40,800 nucleotides of DNA from Candidatus Woesearchaeota archaeon (GTDB taxonomy: Archaea; Nanobdellota; Nanobdellia; Pacearchaeales; GW2011-AR1): positions 1 to 40,800 of the forward strand of contig CAYZYW010000004.1 in the NCBI GenBank assembly GCA_964482665.1. The letters run 5' to 3'. Shown here piece after piece: positions 9,085-19,453 of the stretch (position 1 is its first letter; each line of letters opens with the position of its first letter). The notes beneath the pieces were generated by a model, which saw only the letters and a list, made by a program, of their open reading frames with translations, did no database searches and was not told the DNA's origin. A program made the translations under genes and the position numbers.

Positions 9085-12000
9085 ATAAAAATAATTTAAT
9101 ATTTTTTATGTGCATATTTTCTATTTCTTTAATGATGAATTTTGCAGTTGCTCAAAGTTATTTTATAGATCAATCTAACGATCCAAATAATAATATAAAA
9201 ATAGATATACCCGAAAAAAGTTTTGAAAAATTGATTGGAAATTTTTTAATTAGCTTTTTTAATATAAAACAAATTGGAATTGTTTCTGCTGAAGTGAATG
9301 CAGAAATAAATGATGAAATCGTCTGCTGCCCTAAGCTTCTTAATGGTGAAATATGTCAAGAAATAACATTATCTAAAAAAAATATTTGTGAAACATCAAT
9401 TATCCCTACCATCTGTGAAAATGTTGATGACTGTAGACTTGGCTGCTGCATTGATGAAAGTACAGGTGAACCTTCTAAAAATTCTCCACAGTTAACATGC
9501 ACCTCACAAGGTGGAAAATGGTTTGATGATCCAATGTGCAACATTGATGAGGCAATTAAGGGATGCTGTGTTCTTGAAGAAAAGGGTTATTCTGAACTTT
9601 TAAACAAAAAGCGATGTGAGATTTTGTCTTTAAAAGAAGGGGTTGAGGTTGATTTTAGAAATGGATTCTTAGAGCCTGAGTGTATTGATTTACTTAAATC
9701 TGAACAACGAGGTGCATGTATTATTGATAACATGTGCTCAATAACCTATAAAGATTCATGTAATGGTAGATTTGAAGAAGGATTTTTGTGTTCACATGAA
9801 AAAATTGGATTATGTAAACCTCAAGAAACAATTAGTTGTGCATCTGAAAATGAAAGAAATTCACTTCATGGAATATATTGGTTTGATAGCTGTGGTAATA
9901 GAGAAAATATATATGATTCAGATAAAACAAAAAGTTTTAATGATGGAAAAATCCTAGAAGAAATCCAAAGTTGTAATGATGGAAATGGTAATATAAATTC
10001 AAAAACATGTGGAAATTGCCACGTTAATGCAGAAAGTATATGTTCTTTTAAAAAAGATGGAGTAAAAGATGGAGATTATGTATGTAAAGATTTAGGATGT
10101 TATGATACAAATAATGCTGTTCTTAAAGATTTTAATGATATGTATGGATACTATCCTGCAAATGGGGAATCATGGTGCATATATGAATTTCCAATAATAG
10201 ATACACAATCAACTGTTGGTAGCGAACACTGGAGAGCGTCATGTGCGAATGGGATTGTTAATATAGAAACTGCAGGCGAACATCGTGAAAAAATTTGTGC
10301 ACAAAGTATGGCAGAAAGGCCTGATGGTAGCAAGTTTGTTGAAGCAACTAATCTAGTAAATGATTGGTCAAGTTGCTTAAGTTATAATGAAGAAGATGAT
10401 ATGGTAGAAAAATGTGAAAAAAATAGATTTTGTACTTTAAATCATGTTAATGTTGATGTTGCATTTGCATTTAGTACATGTGTTCCCAAATATCCAATAG
10501 GACTTGACCTGAAAGGTGATATAGAATCAGATATTGTTAAAAACGAAGAACTTTGCTCGATGGCAAATCGTCAATGTATAATTAAACAAAAGAGGGACAA
10601 TATACATGGAGACTGGGGATTTAAAGAAAATGAAGGATGTACTCGTTGGGAATTTATAGAAGAAATGAATGATTTATGTACATCAATGGGGGATTGTGGA
10701 ACTTATATAAATTATAAAGGAGAAGGTACTGATAATATAGATGTGTGGGGAAGTGATGGTTCAGTTGGTGGTTTAATTCTTGGACATCTTTCTCGTTTTC
10801 ATTCAGACTTATACTCTGGACGTGTTAAAAACCTTGCTATTCCTCGTGGCACAAATAAAGAAAAATATATTACTTTAAATGGTGCTAATGAAGACTTGTT
10901 TGAAGTTCTTGGTTTTGGAAAAGACTATAAGGATTTTTCTCAAAAAGAAGTTTTAGCATATACATCCGGAGCAGTTGGGGCGCTTGGAATGTTGTCTACG
11001 GGGTCTGTTACATATCTTGGGACGAGTGCTGGGTTCGCTGGGTTCGGAGTTGCTGCAATTGGTGCTGGAATTGGAATGGGCTTATCTTTAATGTTAAATA
11101 ATTTATTAGACATGGAAAATGAAGGAGCAATTATAGCGATAATAGGGATGACTACTGCTGGACTTGGTTTTGGTATGCTAGCTGGAAATCTACTTGGATC
11201 CATGGGAGCTATTGCCGCTTCAAATGCATGGAATCCTGTTGGATGGGCATTTGCGATAGCTGGTACCATTACTGCAATTCTAGCATATACTATAAAATGG
11301 GGTCAAACAAGAGAGCTTACAATGAATTTTGAATGTTACCCCTGGCAACCTCCTGAAGGCAAACAGGATTGTAATGCTTGTGATGATGATCCTAAGTTTC
11401 CATGTAATAAATACAAATGTGAAAGTATCGGTTTAAACTGCGTTCTGCTTGGTGATGATGAATTAGAAAATCCAACTTGTGAATATGTGCCTCTAGAAAA
11501 TAAAGCTCCTATCATATCTCCTGGAAATATTGATACGGAAGGATATGTATTCAAAGAAACAGAAAATGGTGTTGACGTAATTAATACAATGAGAGAAGAT
11601 GGACGCATTCAAGAATATACGCCTGTTAAATTTACATTAAAAACAGATGAGTATACAATGTGTCGATTTGATACAGATAATAGCGCAACAGATTTTGATG
11701 CCATGGATCAAACATTAGGTCAACATGGATACCGGAAAGAACATTATATTGAATTTAATATGCCACCAATAAATGTTCTTGGATTAGCTGAGAAAGAAGT
11801 GACGGAATTAATGGAAACTTATTATGCTAATTTCAAACTCTATGTTAGATGTAAAGATTATAATGGAAATCCATCAGGTGGTTCATATATTGTAGGTGCT
11901 AAAATTAATTCAGGTCCCGATGAAAAAGCAGTTAGTCATACATCTACTAAATTCAATCCTGAATCTAAATCATTTTTAGAATATGATGTAGAAACTTTAG

Positions 12001-12851
12001 AAATGACAATGTGGACAAATGAACCTGCAACATGTAAATATAGTAATGAGTCTGGAGTGGATTATGAAAATATGCTTGGAGAAATGTCCTGCAATACAAA
12101 TTTTATGACAGATTATAATAAAAATAATGGTGGGTGGCCATGTAGTACAACATTGAATAATCTTAACTTAGAAGAAAATAAAATTTATATAAAATGTAAA
12201 GATAATTCAGATAATGTAAATAAAGATGATTACGAGTATATACTATATACTTCAAACTCTGAATTAACAATTGAATCAATTAAGCTTGAAGTGTTTAATG
12301 GTGATGATAAAGTTTTATCTGATAATGGATATGATTTCGAAATTGGTGGATTATTACGTTATATTGATGTTCTTTCTATTGTTAAAACATCTGGTGGGGC
12401 AAAAAATGGAGAATCGATTTGCTGGTGGGGAGATGATTATAAAATTAAATTTCTTGATAAAGAAGGACGTGAAGATAAAACAACTAATACCCAAATGCTT
12501 TCAAATAAGCGTCAAGGTAACTATAATTTTCCAATAAAATGCATAGATGATGCTGGAAACTTTGTAGAAGATGTTATTAAATTTGAAATTGTTTCTGATA
12601 GTACTGCTCCCGAAATTATTAGAGTATATTCTTCTGGAAATCAATTAACATTTGTAACAGATGAAACATCCCAATGTTTTTACAATACTTCGAAATGGAC
12701 CGATTTTAATATTCAATCTTCTACTGTATTTTCAAAAACACATAATATTCAAACAGAAAGTGATGAAACATATTATATTAAATGTAAGGACGTTTGGGGG
12801 AAAAGTAATGATGGCGAATATGCTATTATTGTAAAGCAATCTCCTGATTAA
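9078..12851 (+). CDS. Giant Cys-rich secreted protein (A+B fusion) with internal Gly/Ala hydrophobic segment and C-terminal Ig-like repeats
   Basis: 1257 aa from ATG 9078; signal peptide; N-half paralogous to 13649-15283, C-half to 15280-17439; repeated YVRCKD/IKCKD..GN motifs. Confidence 0.85.
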   Translation: MVNKNNLIFFMCIFSISLMMNFAVAQSYFIDQSNDPNNNIKIDIPEKSFEKLIGNFLISFFNIKQIGIVSAEVNAEINDEIVCCPKLLNGEICQEITLSKKNICETSIIPTICENVDDCRLGCCIDESTGEPSKNSPQLTCTSQGGKWFDDPMCNIDEAIKGCCVLEEKGYSELLNKKRCEILSLKEGVEVDFRNGFLEPECIDLLKSEQRGACIIDNMCSITYKDSCNGRFEEGFLCSHEKIGLCKPQETISCASENERNSLHGIYWFDSCGNRENIYDSDKTKSFNDGKILEEIQSCNDGNGNINSKTCGNCHVNAESICSFKKDGVKDGDYVCKDLGCYDTNNAVLKDFNDMYGYYPANGESWCIYEFPIIDTQSTVGSEHWRASCANGIVNIETAGEHREKICAQSMAERPDGSKFVEATNLVNDWSSCLSYNEEDDMVEKCEKNRFCTLNHVNVDVAFAFSTCVPKYPIGLDLKGDIESDIVKNEELCSMANRQCIIKQKRDNIHGDWGFKENEGCTRWEFIEEMNDLCTSMGDCGTYINYKGEGTDNIDVWGSDGSVGGLILGHLSRFHSDLYSGRVKNLAIPRGTNKEKYITLNGANEDLFEVLGFGKDYKDFSQKEVLAYTSGAVGALGMLSTGSVTYLGTSAGFAGFGVAAIGAGIGMGLSLMLNNLLDMENEGAIIAIIGMTTAGLGFGMLAGNLLGSMGAIAASNAWNPVGWAFAIAGTITAILAYTIKWGQTRELTMNFECYPWQPPEGKQDCNACDDDPKFPCNKYKCESIGLNCVLLGDDELENPTCEYVPLENKAPIISPGNIDTEGYVFKETENGVDVINTMREDGRIQEYTPVKFTLKTDEYTMCRFDTDNSATDFDAMDQTLGQHGYRKEHYIEFNMPPINVLGLAEKEVTELMETYYANFKLYVRCKDYNGNPSGGSYIVGAKINSGPDEKAVSHTSTKFNPESKSFLEYDVETLEMTMWTNEPATCKYSNESGVDYENMLGEMSCNTNFMTDYNKNNGGWPCSTTLNNLNLEENKIYIKCKDNSDNVNKDDYEYILYTSNSELTIESIKLEVFNGDDKVLSDNGYDFEIGGLLRYIDVLSIVKTSGGAKNGESICWWGDDYKIKFLDKEGREDKTTNTQMLSNKRQGNYNFPIKCIDDAGNFVEDVIKFEIVSDSTAPEIIRVYSSGNQLTFVTDETSQCFYNTSKWTDFNIQSSTVFSKTHNIQTESDETYYIKCKDVWGKSNDGEYAIIVKQSPD

Positions 12852-12875
12852 ATTTATAAACTTAAAAAACATAAA

Positions 12876-13652
12876 ATGAGTATGCAAAAAAAGGGTGAAC
12901 GAGGACAAGTAACTATTTTTATTATAGTCGCGATGGTCATTGTTGCTGTTGGTATTTTAGTTTCACTTTTATATCCTAAATTTTATACAGGTTTTAATTT
13001 TGAGGCTGAAAACCCTGAAGGATTTTTACAAAATTGTTTAGAAGATGAAATGGCAAATGCTGTTACACTTTTATCTTCTCAAGGAGGTAGTTTAAATCCG
13101 GCACATTATTTTACACACAATAAAGATAAATTAGAATATCTTTGTTATACAAATAAATATTATACGCCATGTATGATACAACAGCCAGCATTAGCTACAC
13201 ATATTGAATCTGAAATTTTACGCGCAATTGAAGATAAAAAAAATGAATGTATTAAATCCCTAGAAGATGCTTACAAGAAAAAAGGATACAAGGTGTCTTT
13301 TAAGTCAGGTGAATTTAATATTGAACTTCTACCAAAAAGGATTGTTGCAACAATCAATGACGAATTAACTTTAACAAAAAAAGAAACAAAAAAATATGAA
13401 TCGTTTAATATTATTTTGAATAACAATCTTTATGAACTAACTTCTATTGCAAATAGTATTTTAAATTGGGAGGCGAAACTTGGAGATTCAGACACGACAA
13501 GATATATGACATATTATCGTGATTTAAAAGTTGAAAAGAAAAAACAATCAGATGGTACAACTGTTTATATTCTGACAGATAGGAATGATAAAAAATCATT
13601 TAAGTTTGCAACAAGAAGTTTGGCTTTACCTCCAGGATATATAAAAATATGA
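12876..13652 (+). CDS. Class III signal peptide (prepilin-like) protein, module 2
   Basis: ERG/QVTIFIIVAMVIV; paralog of 8305-9084; own TATA box (TTTATAAA ~12854-12861). Confidence 0.8.
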   Translation: MSMQKKGERGQVTIFIIVAMVIVAVGILVSLLYPKFYTGFNFEAENPEGFLQNCLEDEMANAVTLLSSQGGSLNPAHYFTHNKDKLEYLCYTNKYYTPCMIQQPALATHIESEILRAIEDKKNECIKSLEDAYKKKGYKVSFKSGEFNIELLPKRIVATINDELTLTKKETKKYESFNIILNNNLYELTSIANSILNWEAKLGDSDTTRYMTYYRDLKVEKKKQSDGTTVYILTDRNDKKSFKFATRSLALPPGYIKI

Positions 13653-15283
13653 GAAAAATAAATTTAATATTAATTTTAGGAATTTTACTAATTGGGGGTG
13701 TGCTTGCATCTGAAACTTCATATTGTTGCGAAAGATTGGTTGGGAATGATGGAACTACGCCTGGTTCATGGTGTCAAGATGCGGAAAGGGATCAATGTGC
13801 TGAAGGTTTTCAAAGTGTTCCAACATCATGTGAGGCTACAAGTTTTTGTAAAGGTGGTACGTGTATTGATATATCGAATGGGGGATGTAGAGAAAATGTT
13901 GGAGAGGCTGCATGTTTAGATTCAGATGATAGTATATGGGACAATAGAGATTCCTCAGAAGTACCTCAATGTCAATTAGGATGTTGTTTAATTGGTGATC
14001 AAGCTGCATTCACAACACATCCAGGATGTAAAAAAATTGGATCTGATTATGGAACTGATCTTATATTTAGGCCAGACATAACAAGCGAAATTGAATGCCT
14101 TGCTAATGCTAAACCTAACGTTAGAGGTGCATGTGTTTTTGAAAAAGAATTTGAAAGAACATGCAGAATGGTAACAAAAAAAGAATGTCAAGATATGGAA
14201 ATTGGTATAGAAAGTTCTAATACTAAATTTCATGAAGGAGTTTTATGTACAGCTAACGATTTAAATACAAATTGTGCTCGAACAGAAAGAACAACGTGCG
14301 TAGAGGGAAAAGATGAGATTTATTATTTAGACACATGTGGTAATACAGCAAATGTATATGATTCTACAAAACATAGTGGGACAGATGAATATTGGGACAA
14401 AATTCAATATACTGATTGTGATCCAGCAATTACTCCTAAAACATGTGGGAATTGTAATTATTTAGATGGGAGTGTCTGTGGCAAAGCTAGTATTTTAAAT
14501 CAACCTGAACATGGTGGAAATATATGTAAAGATTTGGATTGCACGTGGAAAGGTGAACCTAAAGAACATGGAGAAAGTTGGTGCGCAGATTCATCTGGGA
14601 CTTCTTCAATTAAGCTTAATGAAGATAATTTAAATATTAATCCTCGTGATATTATTAATGTAGAAGAAAATCTTCCAGGAAGTCGATATACTCGATTAGT
14701 GTGTTATAATGGGGAAGTTATGGCTGAACCATGTGATGATTTTAGACAACAAATTTGTGTAGAAACTGAGGTTGAAGGACAATCTGGTGAAAAGTTTACA
14801 TTTGCTGGATGTAGAATTAATATATGGCAGGATTGTGTACATCAGATAAATGAAAAAGATTGTACGAATACAGATAGAAGGGATTGTAGATGGATAGAAA
14901 TACCTGGATATGTATCGTGTACTCCGCTTTTTTCACCTGGTTATAATTTTTGGGAAATAGAAGATGAAGGTAATTTATTATGCGGATTAGCTTCTGAAAC
15001 ATGTGTTGTTAAATATAAGAAAAGTATATGGAATGCTAATGGACTTAAGGATTGGACATGTATTGAAAATTGTCATTGTGCAGATCCAAGTTGGCCTATT
15101 TCCATGAATAATTTATGTACTTCATTAGGCGATTGTGGATCCAAAGGAAATTATAAAACAAGTGAGCTTGGCTACGATCCTAAAAGTAAGAAACCAAAAG
15201 ATAGATATTTTCATATAACTGATTTATTTTGGGAAGGTTATGGTGGTCCGGCAGATAGATCAGAAGGGAGTGATAAAGAATGA
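13649..15283 (+). CDS. Cys-rich secreted protein (A part)
   Basis: Sec signal peptide; IYYLDTCGN, CKDLDC, GESWC, LCTSLGDCG motifs shared with the N-half of 9078-12851; ATGA overlap. Confidence 0.82.
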   Translation: MRKINLILILGILLIGGVLASETSYCCERLVGNDGTTPGSWCQDAERDQCAEGFQSVPTSCEATSFCKGGTCIDISNGGCRENVGEAACLDSDDSIWDNRDSSEVPQCQLGCCLIGDQAAFTTHPGCKKIGSDYGTDLIFRPDITSEIECLANAKPNVRGACVFEKEFERTCRMVTKKECQDMEIGIESSNTKFHEGVLCTANDLNTNCARTERTTCVEGKDEIYYLDTCGNTANVYDSTKHSGTDEYWDKIQYTDCDPAITPKTCGNCNYLDGSVCGKASILNQPEHGGNICKDLDCTWKGEPKEHGESWCADSSGTSSIKLNEDNLNINPRDIINVEENLPGSRYTRLVCYNGEVMAEPCDDFRQQICVETEVEGQSGEKFTFAGCRINIWQDCVHQINEKDCTNTDRRDCRWIEIPGYVSCTPLFSPGYNFWEIEDEGNLLCGLASETCVVKYKKSIWNANGLKDWTCIENCHCADPSWPISMNNLCTSLGDCGSKGNYKTSELGYDPKSKKPKDRYFHITDLFWEGYGGPADRSEGSDKE

Positions 15284-17439
15284 ATAATAAAGGATTGATG
15301 GCGTTAACTCAAATTTTTGTATTACTAATTGGGATTATTGCAATTTCATATGCTATTGGAGGTGGAATTGGAGTTGTTAGTGGGAGTACTATGGCAGATG
15401 ATGAAATAGATGAAGTTTTAAATGTGGACGATGATGATATTTTTGGAATGATACAATATGATAAAGATGTGGCATCGGCAACAAACCCCACAGAAACAAT
15501 TGGAATGCCTGATGTTTTACCAAAAGGGGAAATAAAGAATACCAATAAAAAATCTTCTAAAACAGAAGATAAAAAAGGTGGGCTATTCGCTGGAATGGGA
15601 GCAACTATGTCTTCGCTTGTTCTAGGATTAACAATTACAGCAGGGCTTTTAGCTATTGTAAATGTATTAAGATTTATTCCAGACGTTGAAGGTGAATCTA
15701 ATTGGATAGATGCTGCAAGTGCTGCTATTGGTGCTGGTGGTACTGTTGGTTCGCTTATAACCTCTCTTTTGGTCGAAGGAGATGTGGCTGGCGATGTATC
15801 CAAGCTTGCTGGTGGTGGAATTGGTGCCCTAATAGGAATTGCTGTATTTGTTATGGTTTTAAAATTTGAACATCAAAAAATATACAACTTTGATTGTCAG
15901 CCATGGGATGCTCCCGTAGGTGGAAATAATTGTGATTTATGTAATCAAGATGATTTATTAGGGTGTTCAGAATATCAATGTAGAAGCTTGGGTCAAGCGT
16001 GTCAATTAGTAAACTCTGAAGATTCGGGTGAGGCAATGTGTGTATGGGTGCATCGAGATGATCATGTTCCTCCTCAAATTACATCGTGGGCAAACATTCT
16101 AACTGAAGATTATGAATATACTCCAAATACTGCCATTGCACTTCCAGATGAAGGTGTTAAAATTATCTCAAAAGACCAGTCAGATGGTAATGAGTGTGTA
16201 TCTCCTTTTGAACCTATTGAGTTTGGAATAATATTAAATGAACCTGCAAAATGTAAAATGAGTGTTGAGCTTCTAGATATTCCAGAAGGTTTTGAAAAAA
16301 TGCCATTATTCTTTGGTGGAACATCATTATCAAAAATGAATCATTCTCAAATAATTAGTATCCCGAGTAGAGAAGCTCTTGAATCTGAAAATATTACATT
16401 AAAAACAGGAGATCAAGATTTAGATATATACGTGCGATGCCAAGATGCGAATGGCAATTCAAATGAGGCAAATTATGTATTTAGCTTCTGTGTTGACGAC
16501 GCTCCCGATGTAACGCCCCCAAGGATTATGAGATCAAGTATTCCTGATGGATCTCCGTTCTCATTCAATCAAACAAAATTAGATATTGCAATATATGTTA
16601 ATGAGCCTGCATCGTGTAAATGGGATATCTCTGACAAGAGTTATGATCAAATGGAAAATAATCTTAAATGTGAAAAAGATCTAAGCGATATGGATAAAAA
16701 AATGACACTTCCATGTACTGGGACATTAGATGGATTAAAAGATTTTTCAGTTGAAACACCTTTTTACTTTAGATGTAATGATACAAGCGGTAATGCAAAT
16801 ACTGAATCATTTAAAATTGGATTAATCGGATCACAACCTTTAGTAATAAAATCAATTGAACCCGAAGGAACACGTAAAGACTCATCCTCTTCCGTTAGAG
16901 TTCAGTTAGAAGTTGAAACATCAGCAGGTTACGATTCAGGTAAAGCTCATTGTCAATATTCAGAATCATGCACAGAAATAGGTGGATCAAAAACATCGTG
17001 GACAAGTTTCGAATATAGTGATGCGTTTTCAACACACCTACATGAAGCTTTAATTTCTGCATCTAGTGGAAAATATGAATGTGCAATTAGATGTTCGGAT
17101 TTTGCAGGAAATGCGGATGTTTCATACACAAATTATACTATTGAAACAGACAGAGAGGCTCCAATTGTTGTTAGAGCTTATTATGACGATAATAAATATT
17201 TAAAACTGATAACAAATGAAGAGGCAGAATGTGTGTATCATACAAAAGATTGTGATTATCCTTTTGCAGATGGAGTAAAAATGACAACTCACAATAGTGT
17301 CAATCATGTAGTTGAATGGAAAACTGATACATTTTATTATGTTAAATGTAAAGATATTTACTCAAGGGAACCAACCCCTCAAAATGTATGTAGTATTATT
17401 GTTAAACCTTTTACAGCTCCAGAGCCTGAAGAAGAATGA
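15280..17439 (+). CDS. Cys-rich protein (B part) with prepilin-like N-terminus, Gly/Ala hydrophobic segments and Ig-like repeats
   Basis: NKG/LMALTQIFVLLIG; FDCQPWDAPVG, YVRCQDANGN, NEPASCKW, YYVKCKD shared with the C-half of 9078-12851. Confidence 0.82.
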   Translation: MNNKGLMALTQIFVLLIGIIAISYAIGGGIGVVSGSTMADDEIDEVLNVDDDDIFGMIQYDKDVASATNPTETIGMPDVLPKGEIKNTNKKSSKTEDKKGGLFAGMGATMSSLVLGLTITAGLLAIVNVLRFIPDVEGESNWIDAASAAIGAGGTVGSLITSLLVEGDVAGDVSKLAGGGIGALIGIAVFVMVLKFEHQKIYNFDCQPWDAPVGGNNCDLCNQDDLLGCSEYQCRSLGQACQLVNSEDSGEAMCVWVHRDDHVPPQITSWANILTEDYEYTPNTAIALPDEGVKIISKDQSDGNECVSPFEPIEFGIILNEPAKCKMSVELLDIPEGFEKMPLFFGGTSLSKMNHSQIISIPSREALESENITLKTGDQDLDIYVRCQDANGNSNEANYVFSFCVDDAPDVTPPRIMRSSIPDGSPFSFNQTKLDIAIYVNEPASCKWDISDKSYDQMENNLKCEKDLSDMDKKMTLPCTGTLDGLKDFSVETPFYFRCNDTSGNANTESFKIGLIGSQPLVIKSIEPEGTRKDSSSSVRVQLEVETSAGYDSGKAHCQYSESCTEIGGSKTSWTSFEYSDAFSTHLHEALISASSGKYECAIRCSDFAGNADVSYTNYTIETDREAPIVVRAYYDDNKYLKLITNEEAECVYHTKDCDYPFADGVKMTTHNSVNHVVEWKTDTFYYVKCKDIYSREPTPQNVCSIIVKPFTAPEPEEE

Positions 17440-17933
17440 ATAATTCAAGAGGTCAACTAAAACTCTCTTTTGGAATGATTTTTTCTATTATTTTAATTAT
17501 TGCATTTATGACTTTTGCATTTTATGCAATCAAAATGTTTTTAGGAATTCAATGTGGGGTCTTAACTGGAAGCTTTGTGAAAGATCTTCAAAGTGACGTT
17601 GATAATATCTGGAGTGGTCATGGAGAATCGCGTCCTATAACATACAATGTTTGTAAAAAAATAAAAAAGGTTTGTTTTGCGGATTGTGAAAGATCTTCAG
17701 GTAGAATGTCTGATGATTTTGAAGATATGTGTTGGAATGGACTTAATGGTGAAAATTTATTCTTCTATCCTTTTGAATCATCTGGCTCTCTAAAAAGCAT
17801 CAAAATAGAACATATAAATCTAGATTCGATGATCAAATCAAAAAATCCTTTTTGTATTGACGTTCAAGATGGAAAATTAGAATTAACTATAAGCAAATCT
17901 TTTGGTGAAAATTTTGTTTTAATTAGTGAATAA
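17436..17933 (+). CDS. Pilin-like protein (class III signal peptide)
   Basis: SRG/QLKLSFGMIFSIILII; Cys-containing head domain. Confidence 0.78.
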   Translation: MNNSRGQLKLSFGMIFSIILIIAFMTFAFYAIKMFLGIQCGVLTGSFVKDLQSDVDNIWSGHGESRPITYNVCKKIKKVCFADCERSSGRMSDDFEDMCWNGLNGENLFFYPFESSGSLKSIKIEHINLDSMIKSKNPFCIDVQDGKLELTISKSFGENFVLISE

Positions 17934-17963
17934 TTTTAAAAGCAACAGATTCTTTTATTTAAT

Positions 17964-18917
17964 ATGAAAAAATTGGTGATTAATAGACGCGGTGCGTTGG
18001 AAATTTCTTTTTCATGGATTTTTGCAATTATTGTTGGAATTTTTATTTTATTTTTAGCTATCTTTGCTGTTACTAAAATTATGAAAACTGAAGAAACTAT
18101 TAGTGACGTTAAAGTTGGAAAAGAAATAGGTGCATTGTTAAATCTTTTAGAAACCGGCGTAGAATCGGATAAAACAAAATCATTTGATGTTCCCGCCGAA
18201 TCACGAATTCTTAATCGTTGTCATGAGGAAGGTTTGTTTGGGGATCAAGGTATTATGATTTCTCAAAAAAGTTTTAATAAATGGACGGAACCTGAAATTG
18301 AATCTCTATTTAAAAATAAATATATATTTTCAAATAGAATCGAGGAAGGTAAAACATTCTATTTATTTTCTAAGCCATTTGAATTCCCATTTAAGGTTTC
18401 AGACTTGGTCTATATGAGTTCAAGTTTAACAAACTATTGTTTCAAGGGACTTAAGGGATCTAGTGGATTAAAAGATATTGAAAATGATATTGAAAAACTA
18501 AGTCAAGGAAATTTACATCTTGAAGAATCTGAAGAAAAATGTCCTGACAATAGTATTAATGTTTGCTTTAATGTTGCATCAGATTGTGATATTGTTGTGA
18601 ATTATGATGGAGGATACACTAAAAAAGATGGAGAGACGCTTTATTTTGTTAATGATGCTCTGATGTATGCAACGATATTTTCAAATAAAGATATATATGA
18701 ATGTCAAGTAAAAAGATTGATGAAACGAGCCAAGTCATTAGCAGAAATTTATTCAAGTAAAGAAGTTTTTACAACTAGGGTTGGGTGTGGTTCAAATGTT
18801 GGTCTTAATTATTTAGCTGGAATGTTCGAAGGTGTAAAAAGTTCAGGTGAACTGTCAAATATACCTATCGACGACGTTAGAATGAAAAATGATGGAATGG
18901 AGTGTCAGCTATGGTAA
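17964..18917 (+). CDS. Pilin-like protein (class III signal peptide)
   Basis: RRG/ALEISFSWIFAIIVG; paired cysteines. Confidence 0.78.
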   Translation: MKKLVINRRGALEISFSWIFAIIVGIFILFLAIFAVTKIMKTEETISDVKVGKEIGALLNLLETGVESDKTKSFDVPAESRILNRCHEEGLFGDQGIMISQKSFNKWTEPEIESLFKNKYIFSNRIEEGKTFYLFSKPFEFPFKVSDLVYMSSSLTNYCFKGLKGSSGLKDIENDIEKLSQGNLHLEESEEKCPDNSINVCFNVASDCDIVVNYDGGYTKKDGETLYFVNDALMYATIFSNKDIYECQVKRLMKRAKSLAEIYSSKEVFTTRVGCGSNVGLNYLAGMFEGVKSSGELSNIPIDDVRMKNDGMECQLW

Positions 18918-19453
18918 AAAGGGGACAATTAAAAATTCAGCAAATGGCATTTATGCTTATAGCTGTAACATTGTTTTTTGTTTTAGCTGGAATGTTCGTT
19001 TTGGTTTTAAAATTTTCAGATTTAAAAAAAACAGCTTTAGGTCTTGAGGATAAAAATGCGATGCTATTGGTTTCAAAATTAGCAAACTCTCCTGAATTTT
19101 CATGCGGAAGTGCATTTGGAACATCTAAAATTAATTGTATTGATAGCGATAAAATTATGATGTTAAAAAACTATGTTCAAAATAATAAAGATTATGAAGA
19201 TCTTTGGGGTGTTGGAAAAATACAAATACGTAAAATATTTCCAAAAGAAGGTGATGGGTTGACAGATATTGAATGTGAGGGTAATTATCCAAACTGCAAT
19301 CTTATAACTATTTTTGAAAAAAATGTAGCGCTTGGATCTGAGCAATCAACATATGTAACATTATGCAGAAAAGAAGTTGATGAAGGCTATATATTTTCAA
19401 AATGCGAAATCGCATTATTATTTGTATATCCGGAGGATAGAACAAATGAATAA
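18911..19453 (+). CDS. Pilin-like protein (class III signal peptide)
   Basis: KRG/QLKIQQMAFMLIAV from ATG 18911. Confidence 0.78.
   Translation: MVKRGQLKIQQMAFMLIAVTLFFVLAGMFVLVLKFSDLKKTALGLEDKNAMLLVSKLANSPEFSCGSAFGTSKINCIDSDKIMMLKNYVQNNKDYEDLWGVGKIQIRKIFPKEGDGLTDIECEGNYPNCNLITIFEKNVALGSEQSTYVTLCRKEVDEGYIFSKCEIALLFVYPEDRTNE

Noticed and set aside
10940-11269. Antisense ORFs inside long genes (e.g. 10940-11269, 15309-15803, 33852-34322)
   Set aside because: Shadow frames of well-supported genes on the opposite strand.
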